From NCBI GenBank assembly GCA_017470715.1, contig JAFUYE010000119.1:7024-71023 (forward strand): a stretch of DNA of 64,000 nucleotides, in the 5' to 3' direction. The first letter of the stretch is position 1; each line of letters starts with the position of its first letter. Below the pieces are notes generated by a model. That model saw nothing but the letters and a program-made list of their open reading frames with translations. It had not been told where the DNA came from and did not search any database. The stretch comes from Selenomonadaceae bacterium. GTDB taxonomy: Bacteria > Bacillota > Negativicutes > Selenomonadales > Selenomonadaceae. Both the position numbers and the translations under genes were made by a program. This document shows, in pieces, positions 52,467 through 62,372 of the stretch.

Positions 52467-53276
52467 TCACGGCACGACGGCGGAAATTGTTTCGGGGAAC
52501 GTCACGGGCGTCAAAAGCATGTAAGTCGAAATTAACGCCAACGCGACGAACAATCCCGCGAAGACATTGCGCTTAAATTTCAAATCGGCTTTGAGGCTGT
52601 CCGATTCTTCCGCACGAGTTTTGACGGTGAAAAATATCGTCGACGCCAAAAGCAACAATTCAGCCAATGCCGTCAAAAAAATCCTGTCGTGATGCCACAG
52701 CTTGAATTCAACGCGCATGTGTTTATCGGTGCCGCTTAAAAGTGTCGGTGCCAAATTCCACGTTAAAATTTTTTGCGCGGCGTCAAACTTGTCGGCGTTG
52801 TGTTTTTCTGCGGAGTACGGCAACTCAATCGTCAAATCGAAAGTTACCTGCGACAACATGCTTTGAATTGCGGCGGCTTCACTCGGCGAAAATTTTTGTT
52901 CGCCCGACGAAATGAAGTCGAAATTGTACGCGTCGAAAAACCAGCCGTTGCGTTGCCGAATACCGAAACATTTACCTTCGTGCGCCGCGAAGAGTGAAAA
53001 TTTTTCCGCCGCAAATTTTTCGACGCTCGGATATTGAACGCGAACTTCAAAGCCGCTCATGTTGTTTTCGACGACGGGCGAAATTTCTGCGTTCGGATTG
53101 CGTGCAAAATTTTTTTTGAACGATTCGATTTGCTCAGCCAAAAGCGGGACGCCGATAAATTTATTGCGCATGAAAACTTCACCGTCGTCCGTGACGATTA
53201 AATTTGAGCCGCCTTGAAAACAGCCCGCGCAGGTTACGCAGAAAAAAATTGTCGCGAGCAAAAGAATTTTTCTCAT
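52467..53276 (-). CDS. hypothetical lipoprotein with a C-terminal TM segment
   Basis: ATG 53276 gives MRKILLLATIFFCVTCAGC (lipobox-like). No family recognised. Confidence 0.6.
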   Translation of the reverse strand: MRKILLLATIFFCVTCAGCFQGGSNLIVTDDGEVFMRNKFIGVPLLAEQIESFKKNFARNPNAEISPVVENNMSGFEVRVQYPSVEKFAAEKFSLFAAHEGKCFGIRQRNGWFFDAYNFDFISSGEQKFSPSEAAAIQSMLSQVTFDLTIELPYSAEKHNADKFDAAQKILTWNLAPTLLSGTDKHMRVEFKLWHHDRIFLTALAELLLLASTIFFTVKTRAEESDSLKADLKFKRNVFAGLFVALALISTYMLLTPVTFPETISAVVP

Positions 53277-53308
53277 CGCGGCACCTCCGTCGTCAAAAAT
53301 TTTTCGCG

Positions 53309-54787
53309 TCAAATTTTGCTGTTGTGAACTTTGTCGAACGTCGCAAGAATTTCTTTGTCGGGTTCCGAATCCATTTTGCTGACGAGCCAAATTGCAATCA
53401 ACGCGAAAATAAATCCGGGGACAATTTCATACAGCCCGAAAAGTTCAAACTGTTTCCACGCCAAAACCGTGACGCCGCCGACAATAATTCCCGCGATAAC
53501 TCCGCGTCGTGTCGTGCGTTTCCAAAACAAACTCATCAGCAATGCAGGACCGAATGCGGCACCGAATCCCGCCCACGCGTAAGCAACCATGTCCAAAATA
53601 AAACTGTCGGGATTGAAACCCAAAAATACTGCGATTGACGCGATAATCAAAACCGATGCACGCGAAATCCAAACCAGTTCGGTTTGATTGGCATCTTTGC
53701 GAATCAAAGTTTTGTAAAAATCCTGCGCGAATGCCGACGCCGCGACCAAAAGTTGTGACGAGGCAGTTGACATTATCGCTGCCAAAACCGCGCTCAAAAC
53801 CAAACCTGCAACTATCGGCGGGAACAGCTGATTCGTCATCACGAGGAAGACCGTTTCCGCGTTCGTGCCTTCAAGCGGTGTCGACAGGTAAACCGTGCCG
53901 ACCATGCCGACCGCGACCGCCGCCGCCAAACTCAAAATGACCCACGTCATTGCGATATGCGTTGCCTGCGGAATTTCTTTCGTCGACCTTATCGCCATGA
54001 ATCTAACCAAAATGTGCGGTTGACCGAAATAACCGATACCCCACGCAAGCAGCGAAATCAATTCGATAATGCCCATTGCCGAGCCGTCCGGTTTGGTGAG
54101 CGGTTGAAACATTGATTCTTTGTACGCGGAAATTGCCGAAATCGTGTCGCCGAATCCGCCCAAACTCATTGCCGCGCATATCGGGACAAGCAAAATCGCG
54201 AAAAACATCATCACGCCTTGAATAAAATCCGTGCGACTGACCGCGAGAAATCCGCCAATCAATGTGTAAAAGACGACCGAGCCCGCGCCCAAAAATATTG
54301 CGTATTGGAACGGCAGACCGAAGACAGTTTCAAAAAGTTTGCCCGCCGCAACAAATCCGCTTGACGTGTACAAAATAAAAAATATCAAAATGAAAATCGC
54401 GGGGACGATTCGCAAAAGTCCGCTTGTGTCTTTGTAACGGTTCTGCAAAAATTCGGGCAGAGTCAACGCGTTACCGGCAAGTTCCGTGTATTGACGAAGT
54501 CGCGCCGCAACGAAACGCCAGTTCGCCCACGTGCCGATAGCAATTCCGATAGCAATCCACGCGGAATTCAATCCGGCAAGATACGCGAAACCGGGTACGC
54601 CCATCAACATCCAGCCGCTCATGTCGGACGCTTCGGCGGAAAGTGACGTGACCCACGCGCCGAGTTTGCGGTTGCCCAAAAAATAATCGCTCATGTTTTT
54701 CGTTTGGCGGTAATAATAAACGCCAATCGCCATCATCAAACCGATGTACAGGACAAAGGCGTTGATAATCATAACGTCGTTAGTCAA
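53309..54787 (-). CDS. putP: sodium/proline symporter (SSS family)
   Basis: Close resemblance to PutP (SLSAEASDMSGWMLMGVPG). TTG start with a GAGGAGGG SD. Confidence 0.85.
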   Translation of the reverse strand: MTNDVMIINAFVLYIGLMMAIGVYYYRQTKNMSDYFLGNRKLGAWVTSLSAEASDMSGWMLMGVPGFAYLAGLNSAWIAIGIAIGTWANWRFVAARLRQYTELAGNALTLPEFLQNRYKDTSGLLRIVPAIFILIFFILYTSSGFVAAGKLFETVFGLPFQYAIFLGAGSVVFYTLIGGFLAVSRTDFIQGVMMFFAILLVPICAAMSLGGFGDTISAISAYKESMFQPLTKPDGSAMGIIELISLLAWGIGYFGQPHILVRFMAIRSTKEIPQATHIAMTWVILSLAAAVAVGMVGTVYLSTPLEGTNAETVFLVMTNQLFPPIVAGLVLSAVLAAIMSTASSQLLVAASAFAQDFYKTLIRKDANQTELVWISRASVLIIASIAVFLGFNPDSFILDMVAYAWAGFGAAFGPALLMSLFWKRTTRRGVIAGIIVGGVTVLAWKQFELFGLYEIVPGFIFALIAIWLVSKMDSEPDKEILATFDKVHNSKI

Positions 54788-54858
54788 AAAAATTTCCCTC
54801 CTCAAGTCGACGAAAAAATTTAAACGCGGTCGACACGCCGAATTTATCAAGCGGTGAA

Positions 54859-54893
54859 TCGCGTCAACTGTTTGTCAACTTTTTAAAAGTTGC
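54859..54893 (-). repeat. TTTTAAAA-palindrome element, copy E
   Basis: Minus strand GCAACTTTTAAAAAGTTGAC + AAACAGTTGACGCGA, upstream of putP. No flanking duplication noticed. Confidence 0.6.
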
Positions 54894-54982
54894 TGCGACA
54901 TTATAACTGCAGAACATTTTTTGCGCAACGTTCAAGCAACGCCCGTGATATAATCGGCAAAAATTTTCGGAGGTAATTTTTC

Positions 54983-56113
54983 ATGACGAGTATTGTAAAC
55001 GGGCGATTGATTCTGCCTGACGACAACGGCGACTTTAAAATCTGCGCGGGTACAGTTTTGAACTTCGACGAGAAAATTTTTTCGATAAGCGATTCCGTCG
55101 AAGGTGAAGTTGTCGACGCGGAAAATAATTTCGTCGCGCCCGGTTTTATCAACGTGCACATTCACGGTTGCGCGGGTGCCGACACAATGGACGACGACGA
55201 AACTGCTTTGACGACAATGCGGGAATTTTTGCCGCGTTCGGGCGTCACAAGTTTTCTGCCGACGACAATGACCATGTCACTCGAAAAAATTTCAGCCGCG
55301 TTGAAAAGAATTCGTCACGAACAAAAAATTTCTCACGGTGCAAAAATTTTCGGTGCACATCTCGAAGGACCTTTTATCAGCAAAAAATTTAAAGGCGCGC
55401 AGGACGAACAATATATCATCCCCGCCGATTTCGCGTTCGTCGAAAAATTTGCGGACGTGATTAAAATCGTCACCGTTGCGCCCGAAGAAATTTCGTTTGA
55501 CTTCATCGACCGTTGCCGCGAAAAAAATATCGTCGTGTCAATCGGGCACAGCGCGGCGACTTACGAAATTGCAACTGCGGCGATTGAACGCGGAGCCACG
55601 CACGTCACGCATCTTTTTAACGCGCAAAGTCCGTTTCATCACAGGAAACCCGGCGTCGTCGGGGCGGCTCTCGATTCACATGCAAACGTTGAATTAATCG
55701 CCGACAATGTTCACGTTCACCCCGTCGCTCAACGTTTCGTAAAAAAAATCAAGCCGCTTGACGAAATTATTTTGATAACCGATTCGTTGCGGGCTTGCGG
55801 TTTGGGTGACGGCGAAAGCGAACTTGGCGGACAAAAAGTTTTCGTCAACGGAAATTTGGCGACACTTGCTGACGGGACACTTGTCGGCTCCGTCGCCACA
55901 CTTAACGACGTGCTGAAAAATTTCTGCGCGAACACCGACACGGACGTTGCTTCGGGCGTCGAACTTGTTACGAAAAATCCCGCCGTTGAATTGAAAATTT
56001 TTGACAGCGTCGGAAGTTTGGAAGTCGGCAAGTCCGCTGACATTACGATTTTCGACGACGATTTTAACGTCAAAAAAACTTTCGTCGACGGGCACAAAGT
56101 TTTCGCGCAATGA
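54983..56113 (+). CDS. nagA: N-acetylglucosamine-6-phosphate deacetylase
   Basis: FINVHIHGCAGAD metal site; HLEGPFIS; amidohydrolase fold. Confidence 0.88.
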   Translation: MTSIVNGRLILPDDNGDFKICAGTVLNFDEKIFSISDSVEGEVVDAENNFVAPGFINVHIHGCAGADTMDDDETALTTMREFLPRSGVTSFLPTTMTMSLEKISAALKRIRHEQKISHGAKIFGAHLEGPFISKKFKGAQDEQYIIPADFAFVEKFADVIKIVTVAPEEISFDFIDRCREKNIVVSIGHSAATYEIATAAIERGATHVTHLFNAQSPFHHRKPGVVGAALDSHANVELIADNVHVHPVAQRFVKKIKPLDEIILITDSLRACGLGDGESELGGQKVFVNGNLATLADGTLVGSVATLNDVLKNFCANTDTDVASGVELVTKNPAVELKIFDSVGSLEVGKSADITIFDDDFNVKKTFVDGHKVFAQ

Positions 56114-56145
56114 AAAATCGCCCGCCAAATTTCGACGAGCGAATC

Positions 56146-56313
56146 ACTTTTAAAAGGTGGGCAAACAGTTGGTTAGAAATTTTTATCAACGGCGAATCAA
56201 TTTCGCGGCAAAAAATCCGTCCGTGTTCGTGACATGCGGCACCCGCTTTAAAAGCGGGGGAACAATTAACGCGCCGCAAATTTATCGATATGTCGACGTT
56301 GACGCCGCGCCGA
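56146..56313 (+). repeat. TTTTAAAA-palindrome elements, copies G and C, with a duplicated rsmB 3' end
   Basis: G is CACTTTTAAAAGGTG + GGCAAACAGTTGG. A 65-bp DR1 (56177-56241) follows. C is CCCGCTTTTAAAAGCGGG + GGAACAATTAACGCG...CGCCGCGCCG (56241-56313). DR2 is at 56314-56378. Confidence 0.75.
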
Positions 56314-56321
56314 AATTTTTA

Positions 56322-57611
56322 TCAACGGCGAATCAACTTCGCGGCAAAAAATCCGTCCGTGTTCGTGACATGCGGCAGGAAAATTTTCGTTTCGACAAGC
56401 TCAAAATCTTCATGCGTCGACAAAAATTTTTCGACAACGGATTGATTTTCGCGCTTCAAAATTGTGCACGTCGAATAAACCAAAATCCCGCCGCGTTTTA
56501 AAGTCTCAGCCGCACTCGAAAGAATTTCCAACTGCAACGTCGGCAACTTGTCAATGTCGGCAAGATTTTTCCAACGCATATCAGCCTTGCGACGAATTAC
56601 GCCGAGTCCGGAACAAGACGCGTCAACCAAAACTTTATCTGCCTGCGCGGGAAATTTTTTGCCGAGTTCGCGAGCGTCAATCAACGTCGGTTCGATAATT
56701 TTTATTCCGAGACGTTCGGCATTTTGTTTTATGTGCTCAATTTTCGTTTCGTAAATGTCCGCCGCAACAATTCGCCCGCGATTTTGCATGAGTTCGGCAA
56801 TGTGCGTTGACTTGCCGCCGGGTGCCGCGCAACAATCGATTACGAATTCGCCCGCCTGAGGATTTAAAAATCTTGCCGCAGTCATTGAACTTTCGTCCTG
56901 AACTTGACACAATCCGTCACGCAACGGCTGAAATTTATCAAGTGCTCCGTGTCCGCGACAAATCACACCTTCGGGCGCGAAATTCGCTGGCTCCGCTTGA
57001 ATGCCGAATTTGTTCAGCGCGTCCAAAATTTTTTCCCGTGTCGTGCGCAAAAAATTCACGCGCAGACAAAGCGGCGGATCTGTGTTGTTGAAGTCCAAAA
57101 TTTTTTTCGTCGCGTCAAGCCCGAATTCGTCGACGAACATTTTCACGAGCGGCGCGGGATGAAAATTTCGCAATGCCAACGATTCAACGTCGTCGCCCGT
57201 CGGAAAATCTGATTTATCGGGCTCACGAACTGCCGAGCGCAAAACTCCGTTGACGAATTTCGACGCGCCGATACCACAGAATTTTTTTGCAAGTTCCGTC
57301 GATTCGTTGACCGCCGCAGAATTCGGCACACGATCCAGGAAAAATATTTGATACATTCCGACACGCAAAACCGCCAAAACTTTCGCGTCAACTTTTTTCA
57401 GCGGGCGATTTAAATATTTGGCGATTTTCCAATCGAGTGACGCGCCGGCTTTAACCGTGCCGTAAACCAGCTCCGTGCAAAATTTTCTGTCGAGGTCTGT
57501 AAATTTTTCTTGTCGCAAGGTCTGTGCCAAAACGACATTTGCCCACGCGCCATTTTTGGAAACTTCGTAAACGATTTTTGTTGCCGCCAATCTGACTTTA
57601 TCCACAATCAA
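56322..57611 (-). CDS. rsmB: 16S rRNA (cytosine967-C5)-methyltransferase
   Basis: NusB-like N-domain plus a SAM-MTase domain (DCCAAPGGKS, DASCSG, YSTCT). Confidence 0.88.
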   Translation of the reverse strand: MIVDKVRLAATKIVYEVSKNGAWANVVLAQTLRQEKFTDLDRKFCTELVYGTVKAGASLDWKIAKYLNRPLKKVDAKVLAVLRVGMYQIFFLDRVPNSAAVNESTELAKKFCGIGASKFVNGVLRSAVREPDKSDFPTGDDVESLALRNFHPAPLVKMFVDEFGLDATKKILDFNNTDPPLCLRVNFLRTTREKILDALNKFGIQAEPANFAPEGVICRGHGALDKFQPLRDGLCQVQDESSMTAARFLNPQAGEFVIDCCAAPGGKSTHIAELMQNRGRIVAADIYETKIEHIKQNAERLGIKIIEPTLIDARELGKKFPAQADKVLVDASCSGLGVIRRKADMRWKNLADIDKLPTLQLEILSSAAETLKRGGILVYSTCTILKRENQSVVEKFLSTHEDFELVETKIFLPHVTNTDGFFAAKLIRR

Positions 57612-57619
57612 GCTCCTAA

Positions 57620-58261
57620 CTAAATTTCAATCGCGGGATTGCCGAAAACTTTCGTGCCGGCTTTGACGCGTTTCAAAACCACGGCACCGGCTCCGACGGT
57701 TGCTCCGTCGCCGACTTTGGCTTTCGGTACGATAATCGCTCCGCTGCCGATAAAAACTTCCGCGCCAATTGTCGACCAACCCGCAATGTTCGCGTGCGGC
57801 ATGACGCAGGAAAATTCGCCAATCGTCACGTCGTGCCCGATAATCGTCATTGCGTTCGTCGCGACAAAATCGCCGATAACCGCGCTGTCACCAATGTCCG
57901 TGTGCGGGGAAATTATCACGCCGCGACCGAGTTTGACCGTCGGCATAACGTAAGCCAATTCGCTGACGAGATTTATAAATTCGCCGCCGCGAGACAAAAT
58001 TTTTTCGCACAAAATTTTTCGGGCTTTGGGAGTTCCAACCGCACAGGTAAACACGTCGTCCGCGCAGATTTCGTAATTGTTCACGTCGCCGAGCACAGGA
58101 ATATTTTCGGGCAGACGCGCATAATCTTCCGCCGAAAGTTTTATGTCGCCGTCGAGAAAACCTTTTATGTGCCAGTCAACGTCGTAACCGATTGATTTTT
58201 GCGCGTGCCAAAAAAGTTCGCGGGCAAAAGCACCCGTCCCGATGATGATTAAATTTTTCAC
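57620..58261 (-). CDS. NeuD/PglD-type hexapeptide-repeat sugar acetyltransferase
   Basis: Rossmann-like N-terminus (IIIGTGAFARE) plus left-handed beta-helix repeats. GTG start, TAG stop. Confidence 0.75.
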   Translation of the reverse strand: MKNLIIIGTGAFARELFWHAQKSIGYDVDWHIKGFLDGDIKLSAEDYARLPENIPVLGDVNNYEICADDVFTCAVGTPKARKILCEKILSRGGEFINLVSELAYVMPTVKLGRGVIISPHTDIGDSAVIGDFVATNAMTIIGHDVTIGEFSCVMPHANIAGWSTIGAEVFIGSGAIIVPKAKVGDGATVGAGAVVLKRVKAGTKVFGNPAIEI

Positions 58262-58287
58262 TGCGTATACCTCCGTAAAAACAATGT

Positions 58288-58350
58288 GGAATTAGGAATA
58301 ATTACGATTGCGAATTTAATTCCTAATTCCTCACTCCTAATTCCTAATTG
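58288..58350. repeat. inverted GGAATTA / TAATTCC heptamer arrays
   Basis: Between the RNase E/G stop and the acetyltransferase start. Contains the RNase gene's TAG stop. Confidence 0.85.
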
Positions 58351-59435
58351 CAGTTCCCGTGCCGCGTGATTTCGACAAGTCCCAACGGCGTCATGTCGAC
58401 GATTGTAGTTTTGTTTCGGTCAATTCGTGCCCGTTCCCGCAAAAAATTCATCAACGTTCGTTTGTCGTCGTCGCTTGCCATGTCGATAAAGTCCACGATA
58501 ATTATTCCGCCGATGTCGCGCAGTTTCAGTTGCCGCAGAATCAATTCTGCCGCCTCAAGATTCGTGCGCAAAATCGTTTCGTCAAAATTTCGTCCGACAA
58601 ATTTGCCCGTGTTCACGTCAATCGCGGTGAGTGCTTCGGTTTTGTCGAAAATAATTTGTCCGCCGCTGGGCAACGGCAATTCGCGCTTGTGAACGTCAGA
58701 AATTTCATCCGCAATGCCGAACGTCTCAAAAATCTGCGCGTCACCTTCGTGAAAGAAAATTTTTTCGGGCGGGACAAGTTCATTCAGTTTGCGCAAAACT
58801 TTCAGGTTATCGACGATAAAATTTTCCGTGTCGGGTTCGTTGCGCAAAATTTTTTCAATCAAATCGTTGTCGTTGTACAAAAGCGCGGGCGGCTTGCGTT
58901 TGGAATTGCGTTCGAGAATTCGTTCCCACAACTTTTGCAAGGCGGCAAGTTCGTCGCTCAAAGTTTTTTCGTCGCAACCTTCGGCGGCCGTGCGAACAAT
59001 CAAGCCCGTTTCATTCGGACGAATTTTTTTCGCCAGCGCGTGAAGTCTGTCGCGTTCGTCGCCGCGAATTTTGTTTGACACGCCGATATAACCGAGCGTC
59101 GGCAAAAAAATCAAAAATTGTCCCGCCAAACTGAAATTCAACGTCGCCCGCGCAGCTTTCGTGCCGACGGATTCTTTTTCGATTTGAATCAGGACGTTTT
59201 GCCCGACAGAAAATTTTTGCGTCGATTTGAATTGCAGAAAAACATTTTTGTCGCGCCCGATGTCAACGAAAACCGCGTTCATGCCCGGCAGAAAATTTTG
59301 CACGCGACCTTTGTAAATGTTGCCGCTCAAGCGCGGGTTGTCGTCGCTTGCGGAATAAATCGCCTCAAGTTGCCCGTCGACGAGCACCGCCGCAGTCGTT
59401 TCGCCGCGTTTGCAACTCACGAGAATTTTTTTCAT
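58344..59435 (-). CDS. RNase E/G-family ribonuclease, C-terminally short
   Basis: S1 domain (GNIYKGRVQNFLPGMNAVFVDIG) and catalytic core up to LGLVEITR. The ORF ends at 363 aa with a TAG inside a heptamer array. Confidence 0.75.
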   Translation of the reverse strand: MKKILVSCKRGETTAAVLVDGQLEAIYSASDDNPRLSGNIYKGRVQNFLPGMNAVFVDIGRDKNVFLQFKSTQKFSVGQNVLIQIEKESVGTKAARATLNFSLAGQFLIFLPTLGYIGVSNKIRGDERDRLHALAKKIRPNETGLIVRTAAEGCDEKTLSDELAALQKLWERILERNSKRKPPALLYNDNDLIEKILRNEPDTENFIVDNLKVLRKLNELVPPEKIFFHEGDAQIFETFGIADEISDVHKRELPLPSGGQIIFDKTEALTAIDVNTGKFVGRNFDETILRTNLEAAELILRQLKLRDIGGIIIVDFIDMASDDDKRTLMNFLRERARIDRNKTTIVDMTPLGLVEITRHGNCN

Positions 59436-59580
59436 AAGCTCAGCTCACTTTCCGCCGCGCATTGTATCACGGCACAAAAAATTTTTCGTGACGCCGCAGA
59501 AATTTTTTTGTAAACCGCGTGCGCAATTTCGTCGACGCCGTAAAGTTTATGTTATAATTCCGTGCAAAGGAGGAGTTTTT

Positions 59581-61029
59581 GTGGAAGCGTTACACGGCGT
59601 TATCAACGACATCAATTCGATTCTGTGGACGTACATAATCATCATCGCGCTCATCGGTTCGGGAGTCGTTTACACGTTCAAAACAAAATTTGTTCAGCTG
59701 AGGTTACTCGGCGAAATGGTCAAGCTGATTTTTTCGAGTGCGGGACAAAAAACCGGCGGCAAAGAAATCAGCGGCTTTCAGGCTTTTTGCGTGTCGACGG
59801 CGTCGCGTGTCGGTGTCGGCAACATTGCGGGCGTCGCCATTGCCATTGTGACGGGCGGTCCCGGTGCAGTTTTTTATATGTGGCTGATCGCCTTTATCGG
59901 TTGTGCTACAGGTTTTGTCGAGAGCACGCTCGCGCAGATTTACAAGTTGCCCAAAGGTGACGGAGCATTTCACGGCGGTCCCGCCTATTACATGAAAAAT
60001 GCCCTGCACATGACGGGCTTGGCGAAACTTTTTGCGATTTTAATTTCCGTGACGTTCGGTCTGATTTATGTTTCGGTTCAAGCAAACACAATCGTCGGCG
60101 CGGTTGAAACGGCTTTCGGTATTGACCACGCGATAACTGCGGTTGCAGTCGCGGCGTTGACTGCAGTCGTAATTTTCGGCGGTGCGACACGAATCGCGAA
60201 GTTTACCGAAATGCTTGTACCGTCAATGGCGGGCATTTATCTTTTGAGCGCGCTGATAATTGTCGTGATGAATTTCGACAAAGTTCCCGCAATGTTCGCG
60301 CTGATAATTCACGACGCGTTCAGTCCTCAGGCAGCTGTCGGCGGCGGTTTGGGCGCAGTGTTTATGACGGGCGTGCGACGCGGTCTGTTCAGCAACGAAG
60401 CCGGCGAAGGTTCCGTTCCGAACGCGGCGGCAACGGCAAGCGGCAAACATCCCGTTCGGCAAGGTTTGATTCAAAGTTTCGGCGTGTACGTCGACACGTG
60501 GCTTGTCTGTTCGGCTACGGCGTTTTCGGTTTTGTTGACGGGCGAATATTCAATCGGCGGCGAACTCACGGGCGTTTCACTCGTGCAACATTCGCTTGCA
60601 AGTGTTTACGGAACTTACGCGCCGGCGGTTTTGGCGGTGATAGTTTTCCTGTTCGCGTTCAGCTCAATCGTCGGCAACTATTATTACGGCGAAATTAATA
60701 TCGCGTTTTTCGAGGGCGACGAATCGGGAGCACTGCCCAGCGTCGTTGCCCGTCACGCGATGAATATTTTTCGTGTCGGCGTCGTGGCAATGGTTTTGTT
60801 CGGCAGTTTCGCTCAGCTCGGTCTTGTTTGGGACAGCGCGGATTTGTTCATGGGCTTTTTGTGCTTGACGAACCTTTATGCGATTGCGCGACTTGGCAAA
60901 TACGCGTTCATTGCTTTGGACGATTATGTTGCGCAAAAAAATCGCGGCGTCGATGAACCGATTTTTGATCCGAAAATTATTCCGACTCGCGAAGGAATTC
61001 ACGCTTGGGGAGTTGATGACAAACGTTGA
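59581..61029 (+). CDS. alanine/glycine:cation symporter (AGCS family)
   Basis: GTG 59581 after an AAGGAGGAG SD. Multi-TM with a typical AGCS N-terminus (INSILWTYIIIIALIGSGVVYTFKTKFVQ). Confidence 0.82.
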   Translation: MEALHGVINDINSILWTYIIIIALIGSGVVYTFKTKFVQLRLLGEMVKLIFSSAGQKTGGKEISGFQAFCVSTASRVGVGNIAGVAIAIVTGGPGAVFYMWLIAFIGCATGFVESTLAQIYKLPKGDGAFHGGPAYYMKNALHMTGLAKLFAILISVTFGLIYVSVQANTIVGAVETAFGIDHAITAVAVAALTAVVIFGGATRIAKFTEMLVPSMAGIYLLSALIIVVMNFDKVPAMFALIIHDAFSPQAAVGGGLGAVFMTGVRRGLFSNEAGEGSVPNAAATASGKHPVRQGLIQSFGVYVDTWLVCSATAFSVLLTGEYSIGGELTGVSLVQHSLASVYGTYAPAVLAVIVFLFAFSSIVGNYYYGEINIAFFEGDESGALPSVVARHAMNIFRVGVVAMVLFGSFAQLGLVWDSADLFMGFLCLTNLYAIARLGKYAFIALDDYVAQKNRGVDEPIFDPKIIPTREGIHAWGVDDKR

Positions 61030-61568
61030 AAAAATTTTTTCTTGCAACGGTGACGGTGCTGTTGCTTTTGACTTGCACGGCTCACGCGGCAGAAAATATA
61101 AATCTCGTTCAAGTTTCGGACTTCACGCCGAAAGAATTTATTGACCGCATGGGAGGCGGCGTCGTCTACCAAACTTTTCGGCAACGCGGTACGGTTATCG
61201 CTTTCACGCAACTGAAAAGTCGCCCGCAATTTTACGACGCGGAAAATTTCCCGGGCATGAACGTTTGGGGAACTGTTTTCGGCGCGGACGGTGACCCGTT
61301 GCCCGACGGCGAAATTCGTTTCTTCGTCAATGAAGATGAGCGCGTTTTCGTCGTGCAATTTCTCGGTATGGGCAATCCCGAAAATTCCGGCATGGTACTT
61401 TTGATGGTGATGGAAGCTCTCGGCTTGAACGAGCAGGAAGTTGCCACGCTGATTAACAAAGTTTCTCCGACCGCAGAAGTTTTTTGCAAGAACACTCACC
61501 GACGAATCATCCGACAAGTTTCCGACCGCGAAGGCAAGGTTATAACTTTTTTCGGCGCAACGAAGTAA
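61026..61568 (+). CDS. secreted hypothetical protein, tandem paralogue 1
   Basis: TTG start overlapping the upstream stop. Signal peptide. Shares NFPGM, IRF(F/Y)V, (I/V)VQ and FFGA blocks with the next gene. Confidence 0.65.
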   Translation: MKKFFLATVTVLLLLTCTAHAAENINLVQVSDFTPKEFIDRMGGGVVYQTFRQRGTVIAFTQLKSRPQFYDAENFPGMNVWGTVFGADGDPLPDGEIRFFVNEDERVFVVQFLGMGNPENSGMVLLMVMEALGLNEQEVATLINKVSPTAEVFCKNTHRRIIRQVSDREGKVITFFGATK

Positions 61569-61671
61569 AAGTTCAGTTAAAAAATTCGTGCCCGCGTTGA
61601 CTGTTGAATTGCCCCGTGATAAATTTCCCGCAGAAATTGTTCCTGAAAAATTTTCGAGGGAGTGGTCAATC

Positions 61672-62229
61672 ATGCGAAAACTTCTTTTGACCGTGTTGGC
61701 GATCTGTCTTATGAGCTTTGCAAGCGTCGCCGGTGCTCAACAACAGCCAAATTACAATTTCGTTCAGGTGACGGACTACGGAGCACAACTTTTCGTCGAA
61801 AAAATGACCGCGTGCAGGACGTATCAGCAACTCAAGCAAAGCGGCAATTTGGTTGCGTTCGTGTCGCCCGTGCGCCGTCAAGATTTGGACGATACGCAAA
61901 ACTTCCCCGGCATGAGCGTCTATAAATCCGACTTCGGCATCAAAGGCGCGCCAAATTCCGACGGGCAAATTCGCTTTTACGTCAGCCCCGACGGTTACGT
62001 TTTCATTGTGCAAGTCATCAACGAAAACGCGAACAATCCGCAAGTTTCGCAGGCGGTTTTGCTTATGACGCTTGAAACTCTCGGCTTGAGCGACCCCGAA
62101 GGAAATACGCTGTTGCAGACGCCGACGCCCGTTGCCGAAACGTGGTGCCAAAGCGCGGGACGCAAAATTATTCGCGTCGTCACCGACCAAACGGGCAACA
62201 ATATCCTGTTCTTCGGCGCGTCGAATTAA
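61672..62229 (+). CDS. secreted hypothetical protein, tandem paralogue 2
   Basis: ATG 61672 after a GAGGGAG SD. Signal peptide MRKLLLTVLAICLMSFASVAGA. Confidence 0.65.
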   Translation: MRKLLLTVLAICLMSFASVAGAQQQPNYNFVQVTDYGAQLFVEKMTACRTYQQLKQSGNLVAFVSPVRRQDLDDTQNFPGMSVYKSDFGIKGAPNSDGQIRFYVSPDGYVFIVQVINENANNPQVSQAVLLMTLETLGLSDPEGNTLLQTPTPVAETWCQSAGRKIIRVVTDQTGNNILFFGASN

Positions 62230-62236
62230 ATTTTTC

Positions 62237-62265
62237 TTGACACGCGGCAAATGTTGTGGTAACCT
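62237..62265 (+). promoter_or_regulatory. promoter of tRNA-Ser
   Basis: TTGACA, 17-nt spacer, TAACCT. Confidence 0.45.
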
Positions 62266-62283
62266 GCACAAGGTTTTTCAAAA

Positions 62284-62372
62284 GGAGCAGTACCCAAGTC
62301 GGTGAAGGGGACGGTTTGCTAAATCGTTAGGCTCGAAAGGGCGCGGAGGTTCGAGTCCTCTCTGCTCCGCCA
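62284..62372 (+). tRNA. tRNA-Ser (GCT)
   Basis: GGAGCAGTACCCAAGTCGG...; anticodon loop TTGCTAA; long variable arm; GGTTCGAGTCC; CCA encoded. Confidence 0.88.
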
